DNA of 64,000 nucleotides from Lama glama (GCA_028534125.1 CM052818.1:12650001-12714000); one strand, 5' to 3'; positions 1 through 13,994 are shown, counted from the first letter of the stretch. The notes: generated from the sequence alone by a model not told the origin. Program-made: numbers and translations.

Positions 1-1400
1 TGACTTTAGCTACAACAGCAAGGGCATAACCTATTAAAGAAATAACTGATAAGCGTGGCTTCATTAAAATTTCAAAAAATCTGCTATGCAAAAGACATTG
101 TCAAGAGAATAAAAAGACAGGCCACAGCCTAGAAGAAAATATTTGAAGAAGACATATCTGGTAAAATACTATTATCCAGAATAAACAAAAAACCCATAAC
201 TCAATAAAAGTAAAACAAACAACTCTATTAAAAAATGAGTCAAAGACCTTAAGAGACATCTCACCAAGAAGATACATAGATGGCAGATAAATACATGAAA
301 AGATGCCTTACATCACTATCTTCAGGGAAATGCAAACTAAAAGAACAATGACATACTATTACACAACTCTTAGAATCTCCAAAATGTGGAACACTGACAA
401 CAATAAATACTGGCAAGGATGAAGAGCAACAGGAACTCAGATAACTACATTGCTGGTGGGAATGCAAAATTGTTACAGCCAGTGTGCAAGACAGTTTGGA
501 AGTTGCTTACAAAATTAAATTTACTCTTACCATACAATCCAGCAGTCATGTTCCTTGGTAATTTTCCAAAGGAGTTGAAAACTTATAACCACACAAAAAC
601 CTGCACGTGGATATTTACAGCAGTTTTATTCATAATTGCCAAAACTGGGAAGCAAGCATAATGTCCTTCAGTAGGTGAATGGAGAAACTCTGGTACATCT
701 AGACAATGGAATACCATTTGATGTTAAAAAGAAATGAGCTATAAGACATAAAAAGACATGGAGGAATCATAAAGCATAATACAAAGTGAAAGAAGCCAAT
801 CTGGAAAGGCTACACACTACATGATTCCACATAGGACATTCTGGAAAAGGTAGACAGTAAAAAAAGAGCAATGGTTGCTAGGATTTGTGAGAAAGGATTA
901 ATAGGTGGACCACAGAGGATTTTCAAGGCAACGAAACTACTCTTTATGATACTATTACAGTGGATACATGTCCTTATATATTTGTCCAAACCCACAGAAT
1001 GTAGAAGCCAAGAATAAACCTTAACGCAGACTATGAACTTTGGGTGTCAGTGTAGGTTCACTGATTGTAACTAACGTCCCAATGTGATGGGGGATGTTAA
1101 CAATACAGGAGGCTATTCATTTATAAGGACGTGGGTATGGAAAGTCTCTGTACAGTTGACCCTTGAGTAGCCTTGGGGTTAGGGGCACTGACTTCCACCT
1201 ATAACTTTACAATTGGCCCTCCCTTCTTATCAGAGTTTCCACAGCAAATTATACAGTACTGTCCTGTTTACTATGAAAAAAAAAATCCACATTTAAGTGG
1301 ACCCATGCAGTTCAAACCCCTGTTGTTCAAGGTCAGCTGTACTTTTTACTTAACTGTGAACCTAAAACTACTCCAAAAAATAAAGTCTGTTTTAAAAAGT
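1..1400 (+). mobile_element. LINE-1 3' portion (ORF2 C-terminus + 3'UTR), L1MC-type; truncated by window start and interrupted by a Tigger MITE
   Basis: ORF 419-661 reads GGNAKLLQPVCKTVWKLLTKLNLLLPYNPAVMFLGNFPKELKTYNHTKTCTWIFTAVLFIIAK, typical of the L1 ORF2 C-terminus; ends with ctgtgaacctaaaactactccaaaaaataaagtc, an L1MC-like terminus with polyA signal. Confidence 0.92.
1153..1339 (+). mobile_element. Tigger2a-type (Tigger2a_Art/MER8-like) TcMar MITE
   Basis: Terminal inverted repeats cagttgacccttga ... tcaaggtcagctg; TA duplication at 1151-1152 and 1340-1341; internal aagtggacccatgcagttcaaaccc. Confidence 0.9.
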
Positions 1401-3997
1401 ACATAAAAGCTCATGAACTTGCCTATGAAATAGCATTAGCATTTTGAGGCTACATTTATACTGGCTAAGAGAAAACAATTGAGTCTCTCTCTCTCTGTCC
1501 TCTTTCATTTTTAAACTCTTTGCTCCTACTACCTCTTCTAAGGCAAGGGAAAATCAAGTGTGGAATTTAGTATTACTGAGCTTAATTATATAAAAAAGTA
1601 AAGTTTTGTAGTGTTTTAGCTTATCTACAGACAGTTACAGGTGAGATTGAGCAGGGTTATTAGAAGTGCATTGTCAAGAATCAGTATGTTCCCTTGGTCC
1701 GAGGAACATATAAGGCAACAGTTTTTTTTAGAAAAGTGTAAATAGCCAAAACCAAAATAGAATCTTTTGCCAGTCCTCATGGCTCTGGGGATTTTTCCTG
1801 CCTCACTTAATTCACAGTTTATAAGCCTGAAATCAAGAAATCCTTTCAGGTCAGTTCTCTACTTCACTAGTTTTAAATGTGGTTGCAGGCATCCATTGAG
1901 TTCATGGGCATGAAGAGACTTAAGTAACTTAAACTCAGAAATTTCAACTCCTATATATCTCTTTCCTAAAACTGTTCTGCCTGAGAATGTGCCTACTGTC
2001 AAGACATGGTATGAAGTCTCCTTTCTGAGGGCTTTTTAACTGCCAAAAAAGAATTATTAGAAACATTGCTGTGAATGCTGAGAAAGTAAATAACTCTAAT
2101 GATTAACAAATTATTTTGCAAGGTAGGTTGTTTCAATGTTTTATTTTCAACAAAATTGATTTAGGGCTTAACTGAGCTCTAGGCACCTACTTAATTAAAA
2201 ATAATTTTTGATGATTAATCACTATGTGATATGTGGCATATGAACAACTTCTTTCTATTCTTATCCAATGATTTATGTTAACAAGACTTTCAAAGTTTAT
2301 AATAATGAAAGAAATATAAAAATTAATATTTAGCCATGTGATATTCAATAAAAAATTAACATCTGCCCACAGATAAATTTAATCAATTTTATAACTTTCC
2401 ATCTACCTCATAAAGAGATGCACTTCTAGTAAAATTTCACTTTTATGTTAAATAATTATCTCGAAAAAATGTTACATATTTCTGTTATTTAATGAGATGT
2501 GTTATAATATTCAATGATGAAACAATTCACATGAAAATTGTAACATTTAGAACTTTGGGTCATACAAAATAATATACTGAATTCAAGTTTATATATATGT
2601 TCTTGTTGCAAAGGAATAGAATAGGATGATAAAAGATGATTTTCAAGCTCAAAATAAAATTAGATTAGAATAAACTTTTGTGGACTAAGTGTAAACTAAA
2701 TGTGTTAAAGAAGAAAAATGAGCACTGTAAAATAATTTATTATTAAAATATTTATATACATTTAAATCAATAATAGCCATAAATATAGCATTTTTATGTC
2801 ACAGAATATTTTTTAAAAGATTGGTATAGTTTCAAATTATATATCCATTCTTGCTATTTAAATTTTTAATATAAAACATTTTCAGTCATCTTAAAATATA
2901 TCAGTGGGTACATACATTTAAAAATTATTTTAAAAGATACACAAACAAAAAGGAGGTTTCATATGCGTAAAATCCTGAGTAATGTGGCCTTCTGAAAGAT
3001 CTCTTCACGGGCCAAGCCATTTGTCCCAGAGTCTTCCAGAGATAAAAACACAATTAGAAGATGGCTAGTTAAGTTGGCTTACACTGAGTGGAAGCAAATC
3101 TCAGTCCTACTTTCCTTAGTTAGTCATCTCTTGAGTTCTAGAAGTCCAGATACATGCACATTTGTCTAAACCCTCTGCTATGATTTGAGATTAATAACAG
3201 AGAAAAATTCTGCAGGATACTTTATTGTCCATATGTTTGATGGTTTCTAAAAGTTAGATGTCAAATGCATCAGATGAGGGACCCTGTAATGGATTTCAAG
3301 GCTTTGGCAGCCGCTAGTTTTTATTGTTGTTGTTTCGTAGAGATAGAGTTATTTAGGGCCCAAGAGAAAATTTCCCAGACCTCACTGAAACCCTATGCAT
3401 AGGGCATAGTATAAGAATGAATAAAGACCAGAGCTCTCATTTGGAGGAGATGCTGGGGCTTAATCACCATTTTATTAGATTATTTCCTAGAGCACTCTTA
3501 ATCCAAAGTGATAATAAAGAGTTTTGCATAATTGCCCTATAAATCAGATTTACTGAGTCATACTCGAGAATAAAGTTCAACTGTATGAAAATTTTATCTT
3601 TTTAGCTCATACAAGGGAATGTGAATATATAAAATTAATCTCTATATTATCATTGCCATGATTAGTTTATATCAGTAATCCTTCCGTGAAAGTAATTCCT
3701 AATATAAAGATTAAGAAATCAAATAACAAAACTTGAGATCTATCAAAACACTTGCATGTTAAATAAGAAAAATGTATTTCAGACTCTAAATGGCTTAACT
3801 GCCATTTTTTTCTTTCTTGGTGTTTAGATTAAGTTCAATGGAGAGCTCACTGAAAAAAAATTTTTTTAAGGAGATGCTGGACAAGAACTTTTACAGAAGT
3901 TGCATTCAACATAAATCTCCAATGGAAGTCAGATTACTTTGGGTCAGCAGTGACACAAAACTAACAAGGCAAGTCTTCATAAGTAGGAAATAGTTAC

Positions 3998-4115
3998 AGA
4001 TAGATGGATGATAGATTAGATGACAGATCAGATAGATACATGACAGATAATAGATAAATTCACAGAGTCATAGATACACAGAGATAGGCATGTACATATA
4101 AGAGATAAATATCTA
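3998..4115. repeat. Degenerate (GATA/AGAT)n simple repeat
   Basis: agatagatggatgatagattagatgacagatcagatagata... Confidence 0.7.
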
Positions 4116-5137
4116 CAAAGAGATAAATACCTACCCTGCCCCTCATGGGGACTATGGAGAATCTCATGATAAGAATCTCAGTCATGTCTGAAGATACAGG
4201 CATTTGCAACAGAACATTTATTTTGATGAAACACAGAAAAAAATGCCCTGGAAGAGGACCGTCCCAGTGTGTCAAGGAAACTGCAATAAAGTGCATCATT
4301 GACAGCATGTTTAGTGGTGATTGGTCCTGATGTGTCCCAAGTTTGCTATCTGGTGGTAAACACATGCACTTGGGAGTGAGTAAGTTATAGTAAGATTAGA
4401 GAATTTTGGACCTTGGGAGCTACACACAGATAATGGGCTAAATGAGCACAATTTAGAGAGGTGTAACTTGCTTCTCGTCATTTCCTCCGAAGAATAGGAA
4501 GCATCAGAACTCTGGCTGAGAAGGATGGGAAGCAGCCATTAGAGAATGAGCTACTGGGGTGAATATATGACGGATAGTGCCCTAGAAAGATGACGATGTC
4601 TTTTAGCAGCGGAGGGAACTGCATCACAAAGGCAGTAGTGCCAAAGTCCCATAATCAAACTGAGGCCAAAGACACCTCCAAGCATACAAAGTGGAGAGAA
4701 TTTCCCAAGTGAGTATCTGAAATACAGCCTCCTCAGAGGTGGTCGTTAATGGAACTAGCAAAATTCTGCTCTAAAGTTTATGTGACCTCATTTGCCACCT
4801 GCTTAACCTTGTAATTCTTACACCTTTACCATGCTATTAACGAGGAAAGGTCAGAAAAGATAAGGACTGTGGATAGATACAGTGAGTTACACTTATGTAT
4901 GCACTATTCATATTATTCAGAATAACCTAGATCATTTGCAAACACAGAACCAACACTGGACAGTGAGAATGAGTGCTATCAGGGAAAATAAAGACAACTT
5001 TCTGAGTAATTCTAGTAAGTTTAAAGGGCATTTGAAAATATTTAAAATGGCTGAAGATGAAGGAAATTAATAATAACAAGGACTGGGGACCCATGTGGCT
5101 TACAGCCAAGGTTCTGAAAGCTTTTTATTTAGATGCC

Positions 5138-5265
5138 ATCATTCAGTCATGCCATGGACAGTTACTTTGTATCTGTGATGTGTCAGGCACAGCGTTGTGT
5201 GCACTGGCCATGCAGCCACAAACAAATCTCACAATAATCTCTCCTTCCATGAAGTTTATATCTTA
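5138..5265 (-). mobile_element. L2 3' end fragment
   Basis: tgtgtcaggcacagcg...ctctccttccatgaagtttatatctta matches the reverse of the L2a 3' terminus. Confidence 0.6.
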
Positions 5266-6994
5266 CCATGCTTGAGAACATCTTGGCGGGATATTATGAA
5301 TGAATCTTTAATAAAATAAACTGCAGCATTGTGAAACCCAATAAAATATATTAAATATGTATCAAAACTACAGTTGGGTATAAATTTTTAAAGATCTCTT
5401 ACCCACAACTGTCTGTATTTTTCCAGTTACGGAAAATAGAAATTCATTTTGCATTTTGGAAGTTACTGTAGGAATGACAGAATCAAAGTAAGGCTTTGTG
5501 TTTCACTGCTCTTGAACCCCACAACTCCTACAACTGGCTCTCATTTAAAACTAGGTACATGGCTTAGGCTTCAGGCTTAAGCAGATCGCTACCTCCTCCC
5601 AACCGGTATTTAAATTGTAGGAATCCTATTCTCAAGGACAGAAGGGGCCTGAGAGGAAATCCATCCCAAAGGTAAAAGTAGATTGATGTGAATACTCAGA
5701 ACCATTGGCATATTTAGTGCTGACTCTTTTTTTACTACTGGACATTCTGAGACATACAGAAAAAGGGAGTGATAGAAATCATATTTTTTCATAATTTGAA
5801 CCTTGATTCAAGTTAGATCATAATTTGAACCTTGTCCAAATTAGCTTCTCAATTAAGCTGAAAAGAAATAAGAAAATGTAAAACCTGACTGGTTGTGTTC
5901 TAGGCAGTAGGTAGACAATGCCATGATGGGGTGTTTCCTGTCAGGAACATTAACTGCATCTGATATGAAAACATGGCCCAGAGAATGCCCTGAGTTTTGT
6001 TTAACAGAATAAACTGCTATCTCTCCTTTGGGATTGGAGTATTTCTAAAGGGACAGGCTAAGAATCTAGAAATTAAAAGAGAGGGTAAGAGAGTCCCCAG
6101 CCCCCTAAGCTGATGTTTGACAGTGCAATAGTTGTTCCCATCCTGAGAACCAAATCATTCCGAGGGTTTTTAAACCAACAGAGAGGCCCAAAGCGCACCC
6201 TAGCACTAGTAAGTCAGTGTGTCAATGTGGGGACTACACATCTGTGTTTCCAGATAGCTCACTGGAGATTCTGCTGCTACAGTCAGGTTTGTGGATCAGT
6301 ACTCTAGAGAGTTTGTAGGGAAAAAAAAAATTAGTCTGTCCTTTCAAAGCTTCTTGTCAGCTTGAACCACAGGAGAGTCAGGGTAAGGTAAGGATGAGAA
6401 CTGAGGGAGTTCATCCCCTGTCCCGGTAGCCCTTGGAGACTAGGAAAAGGAAAGGCATGTCAGCAGATACTGAATGCTTAAGTACCTGCATGGCCCAGGT
6501 CCTGGGCAACAGTTGCTGATGCCAACACTCATTGGTTTTAACACTGATCTGTGTTTTGAGGGTATTAAGAACCAAATTACATGAAGCACAGAGACTAGGA
6601 AAGAAATCTTCAGTTTTTACTAGCAGAACTCTACCCAGTGATAAGATTTAGTATCCTTAGAGCTAATCAGGTTTCTAAGAACAAGTGTCTCCATATGCTG
6701 AATTCACTCCCTTAGCTCTTATTCATGTTTATTATTAAAATATTTTATTAATGCACATCTCCATAAGTACTAATTTTAAATCAAATCTACTCTTCATAGT
6801 GTGGTTTTATTAATATAAAACTATAATCATGTAATTACGCTCTAAGTCCTTTATTTTATAAATCACTTTAACCAAAGCAACATTATAGTTCAAGTTAATC
6901 ATGTGATAGTGTATAAAATGTACTTTGTTTTAACAAAAAGAGAACCAAATTGTTTGTTAGGGAATCAGAGACCTGCCCTGATTTTTTCCCCTCC

Positions 6995-7160
6995 TAGGAC
7001 TTATAAACGTAGGAGAGCCATTTCACCCCTCCACATCATCGTTTTCTCATCTGTAGAATAGAGATTGTATATACACTGACTTGCCTCTTAGGACTGTGTG
7101 AAAAATATAAATTCATTATAAAGTAATTTAAAGCACAAGGTAATCATAAGCTACCTGGTT
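6995..7160 (+). mobile_element. MIR SINE fragment
   Basis: MIR core gttttctcatctgtagaatagagattg...ttaggactgtgtgaaaaat. Confidence 0.65.
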
Positions 7161-8399
7161 ATTATCATTTAAAATAGGCTCAAATGTGGGATGAGGTTGA
7201 AACAAGTTTGGGACTCATAACTTGGTGAAGGAATGAGCAAACGGATACAATCATGAAAAAGATACTAAGGACTTGTGTCCTTCTGATGAGTGTACTAACA
7301 GAATTGTTGGCAACACCCTCTTCCATGACATGGAGGATCTTTGTGTTCCTACTGTATCTGTGTAAGTGTCTAGTCTGCAATTAGAGCAAATGAGTCTGCC
7401 AAGGTTACGATTTTCTCTATTGTGTCTGGCTTTGATGGGAACAGAGCAGTATTTCTTGTTCAGATATGGTGAAGTCTCTCTGTGTCTCTTTCTCTCAGTC
7501 TCCAGTTCTCTGGCTTCCCATTTGAAGGCAAAGGAAGCAAACATCACCTCTTGTCTTTCATTCTGCAGGTACAGCATTTTCTTTCAGTTGTGATGTGGAT
7601 TCCCTAATAAGAGCAAAATCCCAAACCATACGCTGTTTTTATAAAGCTAGTGATCAGAAATTAGTAGATTTCACATATGTTAAAACACAGTATCTTAATA
7701 TACTTTTTCAATTAACTAATTGCACTTTTTAAAGAAGTTGTTAATAATTCAAATTGGTATTTATTGCCCTTGAGAAGATAGTAAATTGTGCTTTCAAATC
7801 TTGTAACCTTGTCTTATCCTCATGTATATCCTTTTCTTGTTTATGCAAAATTATCTTCCCATTTAGCCTTGAACATTTCTAAATCATTTGGATCTTAGCT
7901 CTCTCTCTTCACTTTCCTTTTTTTTTTTTTTAACTTCATCTGTTGGTTTGGGTATTACAGGTTTTATTTTTAGTAATTAAAATTTCAACATACATATTTA
8001 AACTATATGTATTTCTGGCATAATCCAAAGTTTTTCACCAAGGGATCTTATGCTGAACTAACCTTAAAATACTTCCATTGCCATCTTGCAAATCATTGTT
8101 TTCTGAAAATTTAGTTTCAGCATGTTAAAAAACACCTACAAAATAAGCCACATATTATAGGTAATAATAAGCATTTCTAAGATATTTTGCTGATTAATGT
8201 GTTCTCCATTGCTTCTTACATTTTACTTTTTCAGTGGATTTAATTTTAAGGCTGGATGTATTCTTGAGTAGTCCTTTCAAAGCTCAATGATCTATACCAC
8301 ACATTCACATCTATACTTAACACTGGTGATGCCAACTTCTTCCTCAGTCCCATCAGCAATTCTCACTGACTCCATGTAGGAGTCTTCTCTTCAGTATGC

Positions 8400-9200
8400 T
8401 CACTTATTTCCCTGTCCACTGTCACCTTCCTCTCCTGTCAACCAGGGCCTAATGGAGAACTTCCGAAATGACTTACCTACTTCTTGCTCTCAGAAAATCC
8501 ACTGTCCACTTAATGGCCTGTATACATTTTAAATATATATAAATTGCATCCTCTTGTACCCTTGTTAAAATGTATAATTTATTATGATCACTCTTGAGTT
8601 AAATACAAAATCCTTAACATGGCCAATAAGGTCCTGTTAACTCCTTCCCCGAGGTTTTTCAACATGCTTTTTCCCTATCTGGGATGTTTTCCCCTCCAAT
8701 CTTGGCCTGACTAACTGCTACACTTTAGGGCTCACGTTGAATGACTAAATGGCTTTTTTCCATTCAGTGATTTACTCATCATTTCAGAAATATTTCCTAA
8801 CTTTCTACTATGTTCAAGGCCTTGTCCTAGGCACTGGGATAAAGTAGTGGTCAAACTAGAAGAGGGAGGAGAGAAAAGAATGCATGGATGTATTTCTTTA
8901 TTAATATTCATTAGTGCTGTGAAGTAATTTCTAAGAGAAGCCTTGCCTTATACTAATCTAAGTTGGATTTTCCCCATTATCCTTCACAACAACCTGATTC
9001 ACTTTTATATTTATTTTTGTAGCATCCATAAGAATAGATAATAGTCCATTTTTAGTGTCATTTTTGCTCACTGAACATCTTTTGACTAAACTACAAACCC
9101 CATGTTAGGGAATATGCTTTTAGTTCTAATTTATCTTTGGCCTTAAAACCGAGTGTGGCGTATAATTGATGATCAATAGATATTTGTTGAAAACTGACTA
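8400..9200 (+). mobile_element. L2 fragments, with an opposite-strand L2 3' piece at about 8760-8930
   Basis: aaatccttaacatggccaataaggtcctg; ends caatagatatttgttgaa; inner ctactatgttcaaggccttgtcctaggcactgggata. Confidence 0.6.
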
Positions 9201-9879
9201 ATGTTGGTTTTTAAAATATTTACCTTTATTGATTTTCCCTGAACTGCTCATAGGAGATATTCTGGCTTATAGACAGATTTTTCCGTCAACTCACAGTAAA
9301 TGGTAAATACATTGATTCTTTTTCCCCTATCTTCAGGTGACATGAAGAGAGCTGATAGGATTTTTTCCTACATAAGCAGCCCAACCATCCACAGGTGAGA
9401 GTGTGGAAGTAAGACAGTTTTTCTCTGCTTATAAAGGAGAAGGATGCAGCTCTCTCCCTCCCTTCCTGAGAAGGTTTTTGAAAAGGCCTCCAATCCTTTG
9501 GTATACAAATAAAAATCTCTCTAAGAACCAGATTGCCCCCACTATCTGGGGATTTTTTCCTACTGAAATGTCAGTACGTACCTGGGGAGAGAATGTTCCA
9601 GCCGCCAGGGCAGCCTGCAGCTGAACCTAGGGACCCAGTCCAGGCCCACTCTTGGCTCTCTTGGGGAAATAGAGAAGTTTTATTATCCTATTAGATGAAA
9701 ACAATTTACAAGATAAACAGTGATAGCTGTAGTTCTCATGGTGTGTGAAGAGTAAAATGTTTCCATGTCTCAGGAGGCAAAGGGATGTTATGGAAACATT
9801 GAGAAATCCAGGGACATTTTATTTTTGCAAAACTAACTAAATAAAGGAATGAAAGTAGAACAGTCTTTCATGGGGTGAC

Positions 9880-10370
9880 CTTCCAGATGTGGACTTACTT
9901 CCACAATCTTAATTATGTTTTTGTCTCCAAAATCTGTCACACTCCTACAAGTCTTAGTAGGATTTACCACGCATGCAAAGCCCTGACAGCATCATACCTA
10001 AGCCGTTTCTCAGGGCTGTGTTTACAGCAAGCAGCCCTGAGGGATGAGGTCATATCTTTCTTAGGGACAAAGGGCAGGCTTGCTTACCACTTGTGGTTGC
10101 CTTAAGTTGGTAAATTCTCCAAGCTCAGTGTTTTTCTCCTGTAATGCAACTCATTGCACATGCAGCATCTATTTGGGCCCCCTCGCACTGGCCCCAGTGG
10201 ATGAGTGGTAAAAGAAGAACCAGTGCAAATATGGTGCTCATGCTGCTGTGAGTGATAAAGTCCTTTACCTCTGACCCAGGAGTCTCATGCCTTCTCCTGC
10301 ATCCGTGAAGCGGCACCAACAGACTAACTTATCAGCTCATGAGATAAACTGAAACCCCAGGGCCTGCAAT
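9880..10370 (+). mobile_element. ERVL solo LTR, MER76-like
   Basis: gggacaaagggcaggcttgctt...tgctcatgctgctgtgagtgataaagtcctttacctctgacccaggagtctcatgccttc, with degenerate polyA signal and U5-like segment. Confidence 0.7.
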
Positions 10371-13300
10371 TTTCTTCAGGATCCAGTTGAGATGTAAAAG
10401 AAGGTTGAGTTGAGTGTTTGACAACACCTCAGATTTTCACTATAGTTTCTGGATCTGCAACAAGAATAACACTATTCTTTCTCTTGTTGGTCTCACCTAA
10501 AGATGCGTTAACCCCAGATTAAGTTAGCCCCAGAGGGCATCAGGTCCAGCTGATGCCACATATTATGTAATATCCAACTTTAGGAGATACTTTCATTCAC
10601 TGTTAACGCCTGCAGTAACTGTTAACCCAATTCTATTGATCATTCAGGAATATTCCACAGGAGCAGAAGGGTCACTGGAGTGGGCATGTAGCATTTCTAG
10701 CAGAGACATATTATAAAGCTTTATTAAAATTCTCAAAATTTCCCTAATATGCCATGCTCTTTTATTCCCCTGGGATTTTGCATATTTATTTCTTTTTACC
10801 TCAATCTATTGTTTTATGTTCATCATTTACAACCAGTTTGAGTACTAAAGTTCTATGATGCCTCTTCTGGCTTGCCCTTACAAAGGCCAAATTGCTTCCT
10901 TCCCCTTGGCTTGCCCATACGGTTAGTCTCTGTCTCAATTATGTACTGGGTAAGCCTGAAATGTTCACCTCATTACTGAGAAAGAGGAGAGGTTACCAAA
11001 TTACCAAAGCAAACACTTAGAAAATTTTGAATACTCTATGTGCATTGGAATATTATCTACTACATTTACAATGTTACATGTTGAAATAGCAGTTATATTT
11101 AAATGTCAGAACCTATGCACTTGATTTCTATTCCCCTCCCCTTCTTTTATAGGCCAATTTGTCTACTAAATTGGATCACTATCCATTATGTCATAGAGTT
11201 AGTTGACACAGCCTCTCCCAACGTTAGAAAGGTATAGAAAAGTTAAATGAGTTTGGAATATAACCCAATTTACAACTACCTTATTCTAAATTATTCTTAA
11301 AGCAAATTCTAATCTATGTTTATATTAAAACATATATTAAAAAATTGGTTCTGAAACTGAACTTGCTACTAGCATCACAAAAAAAGTTTTAAAAAATGAA
11401 GTGAGGACAAAAAAATTGGAGTTGGAAAAGATAAAAAATAAATTCTCAAAGAACAAATTATTTGAAACGGTTTGCTCTCAATGCTTTATGTTATGGTCAG
11501 CTTCCAGCTTCTTTAACAATAAAATGAAATGAGAATGAAGAAAGTTTCATTACTGTATTTGAGAGAAAAACATGGACGTTTTATGTCTTCATTGAAAAGA
11601 CAAAATAATAAATGAAACATAGCTATCACAGGTTTATTAGCCCCCCAAATTGAAGCAAGTTACATGATATTTTTCACCTCCTTAACTCAAAAAATATCTC
11701 ATTTGGTCATTTTTCATGTTGAGCATTTGAAGACTTTATGCCAGTCAACAAGTTATTTAATGTGTTAAGTAGAAGTAATCAATGTGATTATGTATGAATC
11801 TCCATGAATATAAATTAAATTCTCTGATGTTACAGTATTAGCATTTAGTTTTTAAAAATAATAGAGTAGACTTAAAATAATTGCAAAGAAGGTATGTGGC
11901 CACTGAGTAAGTGAGTGTTCAGTTTTTAAGAAGTAAATGTTCCAGTGTGAAAAAGTAAAGAACACTTTCTTCTAACGTGTAACAATTATGCTGGTAGCAG
12001 TCAGCAACCTGATTCAGCCTTCCATTTAGATGATAAGTATTAAGCTATTTGGTGGCAAAACTCACATAAAAGAGCTAAATTTTAGTGATATGTTTGAAGG
12101 TGCTTTACAGCATTTTAAGTAATTAGATAAATTAAAATGGACCACGCGTGGACCAAGGTACGGGTGTGCCATTATAAATAATTATTACAATATATTACAT
12201 GTGAAGTATAAGCGTCAAGGGGACAGAAGCAAATCACTTATTCGTTATCATGGAGGAAAGTAACTCTCCTTACTGTATGTATATATATTTAAATTTATGT
12301 ATTTTAGATAGCTTATTCATTTAAGTACCTAAGTATTTGAGCATTTATAATGACAGTATCTCAAAATGCAGTACGTACTTCCAAATGGAAGGAAATATCT
12401 ATAATCGAATGTTCTTTTGACAAAGGATTTAGATTAGGATAGTCAAAAATTTCAGTCTCTACAAACTAGCCATTGTTATTAGCCTATTAGTTTCTATCAA
12501 CTTTCCTAATTTTAATTACCTCTACCTAGTATGCTGTAGACTGAGAAAGCAGAAAATCCAAGGTTCTGTATTAAACTTTACTAAAAACAATTAATCAGGC
12601 AATTTGATGATATTATATAATTTGATATGTCTATCTATAAACATACAGATGTAAATGTAATAATTAGGGTTATAGTCTTAAAACTTTTACAAATAAGTGC
12701 TGATGGGGAAGAAAACAGTCTAAAGACACTAGCACCACACAATGAAGAAATCATTCCTAAGGTTGTCATAAACACTCCAGTCTTCTGTCCTCAACACATT
12801 ATGAGGGGGCTTCAACTCCTCTTAAGCCTTCCTCCCATCACCTCTACCTTCTATCCTCATGCCCTGTCAAAGAACTACTCTATATTTTCTGAGTATTCCA
12901 AGTATTTCAATGAGTTGTGGGTGGTAAATAATTTCCTTCTCTTTGTTTCCACTACAAAGTCTGCACAGTGCCTCTTCTGTAGACTCTCTAGGATAATTTC
13001 TAAATCCTCTTGTCTCCTTGAGATTCTGACTTTGGTTCATTCCTTACAGACTCCTTGACCCTCTGTCTTCTATGCATATTAATACAATACAAAATGCAAT
13101 AATACACGTTGTTAGACTGGATCACTGAGATAATAATAGGGACACTAGTTCAGTCACATAATTTTATCTTAATTAGCAGGTTATGCTCACTTTGTGCATA
13201 TAATTATGTCCTGATGGCTGGCTGAAATTTCAGAATTAATGTTTCATAATTAGTAAGAGTGTGTAGGAGTTGAAGAAATCATGATTTAAAAAACACTTAA

Positions 13301-13994
13301 AAGAGATAATCCAAAGGTCTAAGTAAAGATATTGACTAATTTCCATGTGTTTACTTTTAAGGGAATGGTTTCCCCCCTCCTCCTGGTGTCCCCTAGGAGA
13401 GATTGCTCCTATACTCCTTCATGGCCTCCCTTCCCCTTTCCTCAGTCTTTTCCTAAAGAGAAGCAGTCATTGACCTGATTTGTAAATTTGAGAACAAACT
13501 AAGAATGGTATGAATAGAACCAGGTCTACCTTCCACTTGGAGAAAGCACGAGTTGTTATTCCTGCAGTGGTGGCTCTTCCCAGGGTGTGCCTGCTTGATT
13601 CAGCGCCGAGTGTGGGCCACTTGGTTATATGCTCTACCTTGGCCTCTACCAAAAATAAAGGTAATACTTCAGTCTCCAATCCAGAGAGACTATTCTTTAT
13701 TTGCTTATTTCTGCTCTACTGCGTATTGAAAACTTCTTCCAAGATGCTAACCTTTACTAATCAGTTTTTTTCTTAGATTTCCACAGAGACCATAAAAGTG
13801 ATACAATAATCTGTTTTTAAAATGCTCTTCTGTTTTAAAATTCGAAGTTTAAGAAGCATAAAATTTCAGAAATTACTCCAACTCGTTTTTCATTGTAATA
13901 TTTCATAATCTGGATTTCTAAGACTCAGCCAAAGGATACACACGTTTCTGATGACAACTGCTGTTATTTTTCTTCTTCCTGATCATCTTCCTAA

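Noticed and set aside
419..661. L1 ORF2-like ORFs (also 20140-20325 and 40043-40237) as genes
   Set aside because: Short, frameshifted fragments of dead L1 copies
1850..2020. Possible hAT/MER DNA transposon fragment
   Set aside because: No terminal inverted repeats, TSD or family could be identified with confidence
3391..3404. Perfect 14-bp palindrome ccctatgcataggg
   Set aside because: About four such palindromes are expected by chance (64000/4^7)
12627..13058. 143-aa ORF, the longest gap-free ORF
   Set aside because: No recognisable domain or splice context; compatible with chance in 64 kb
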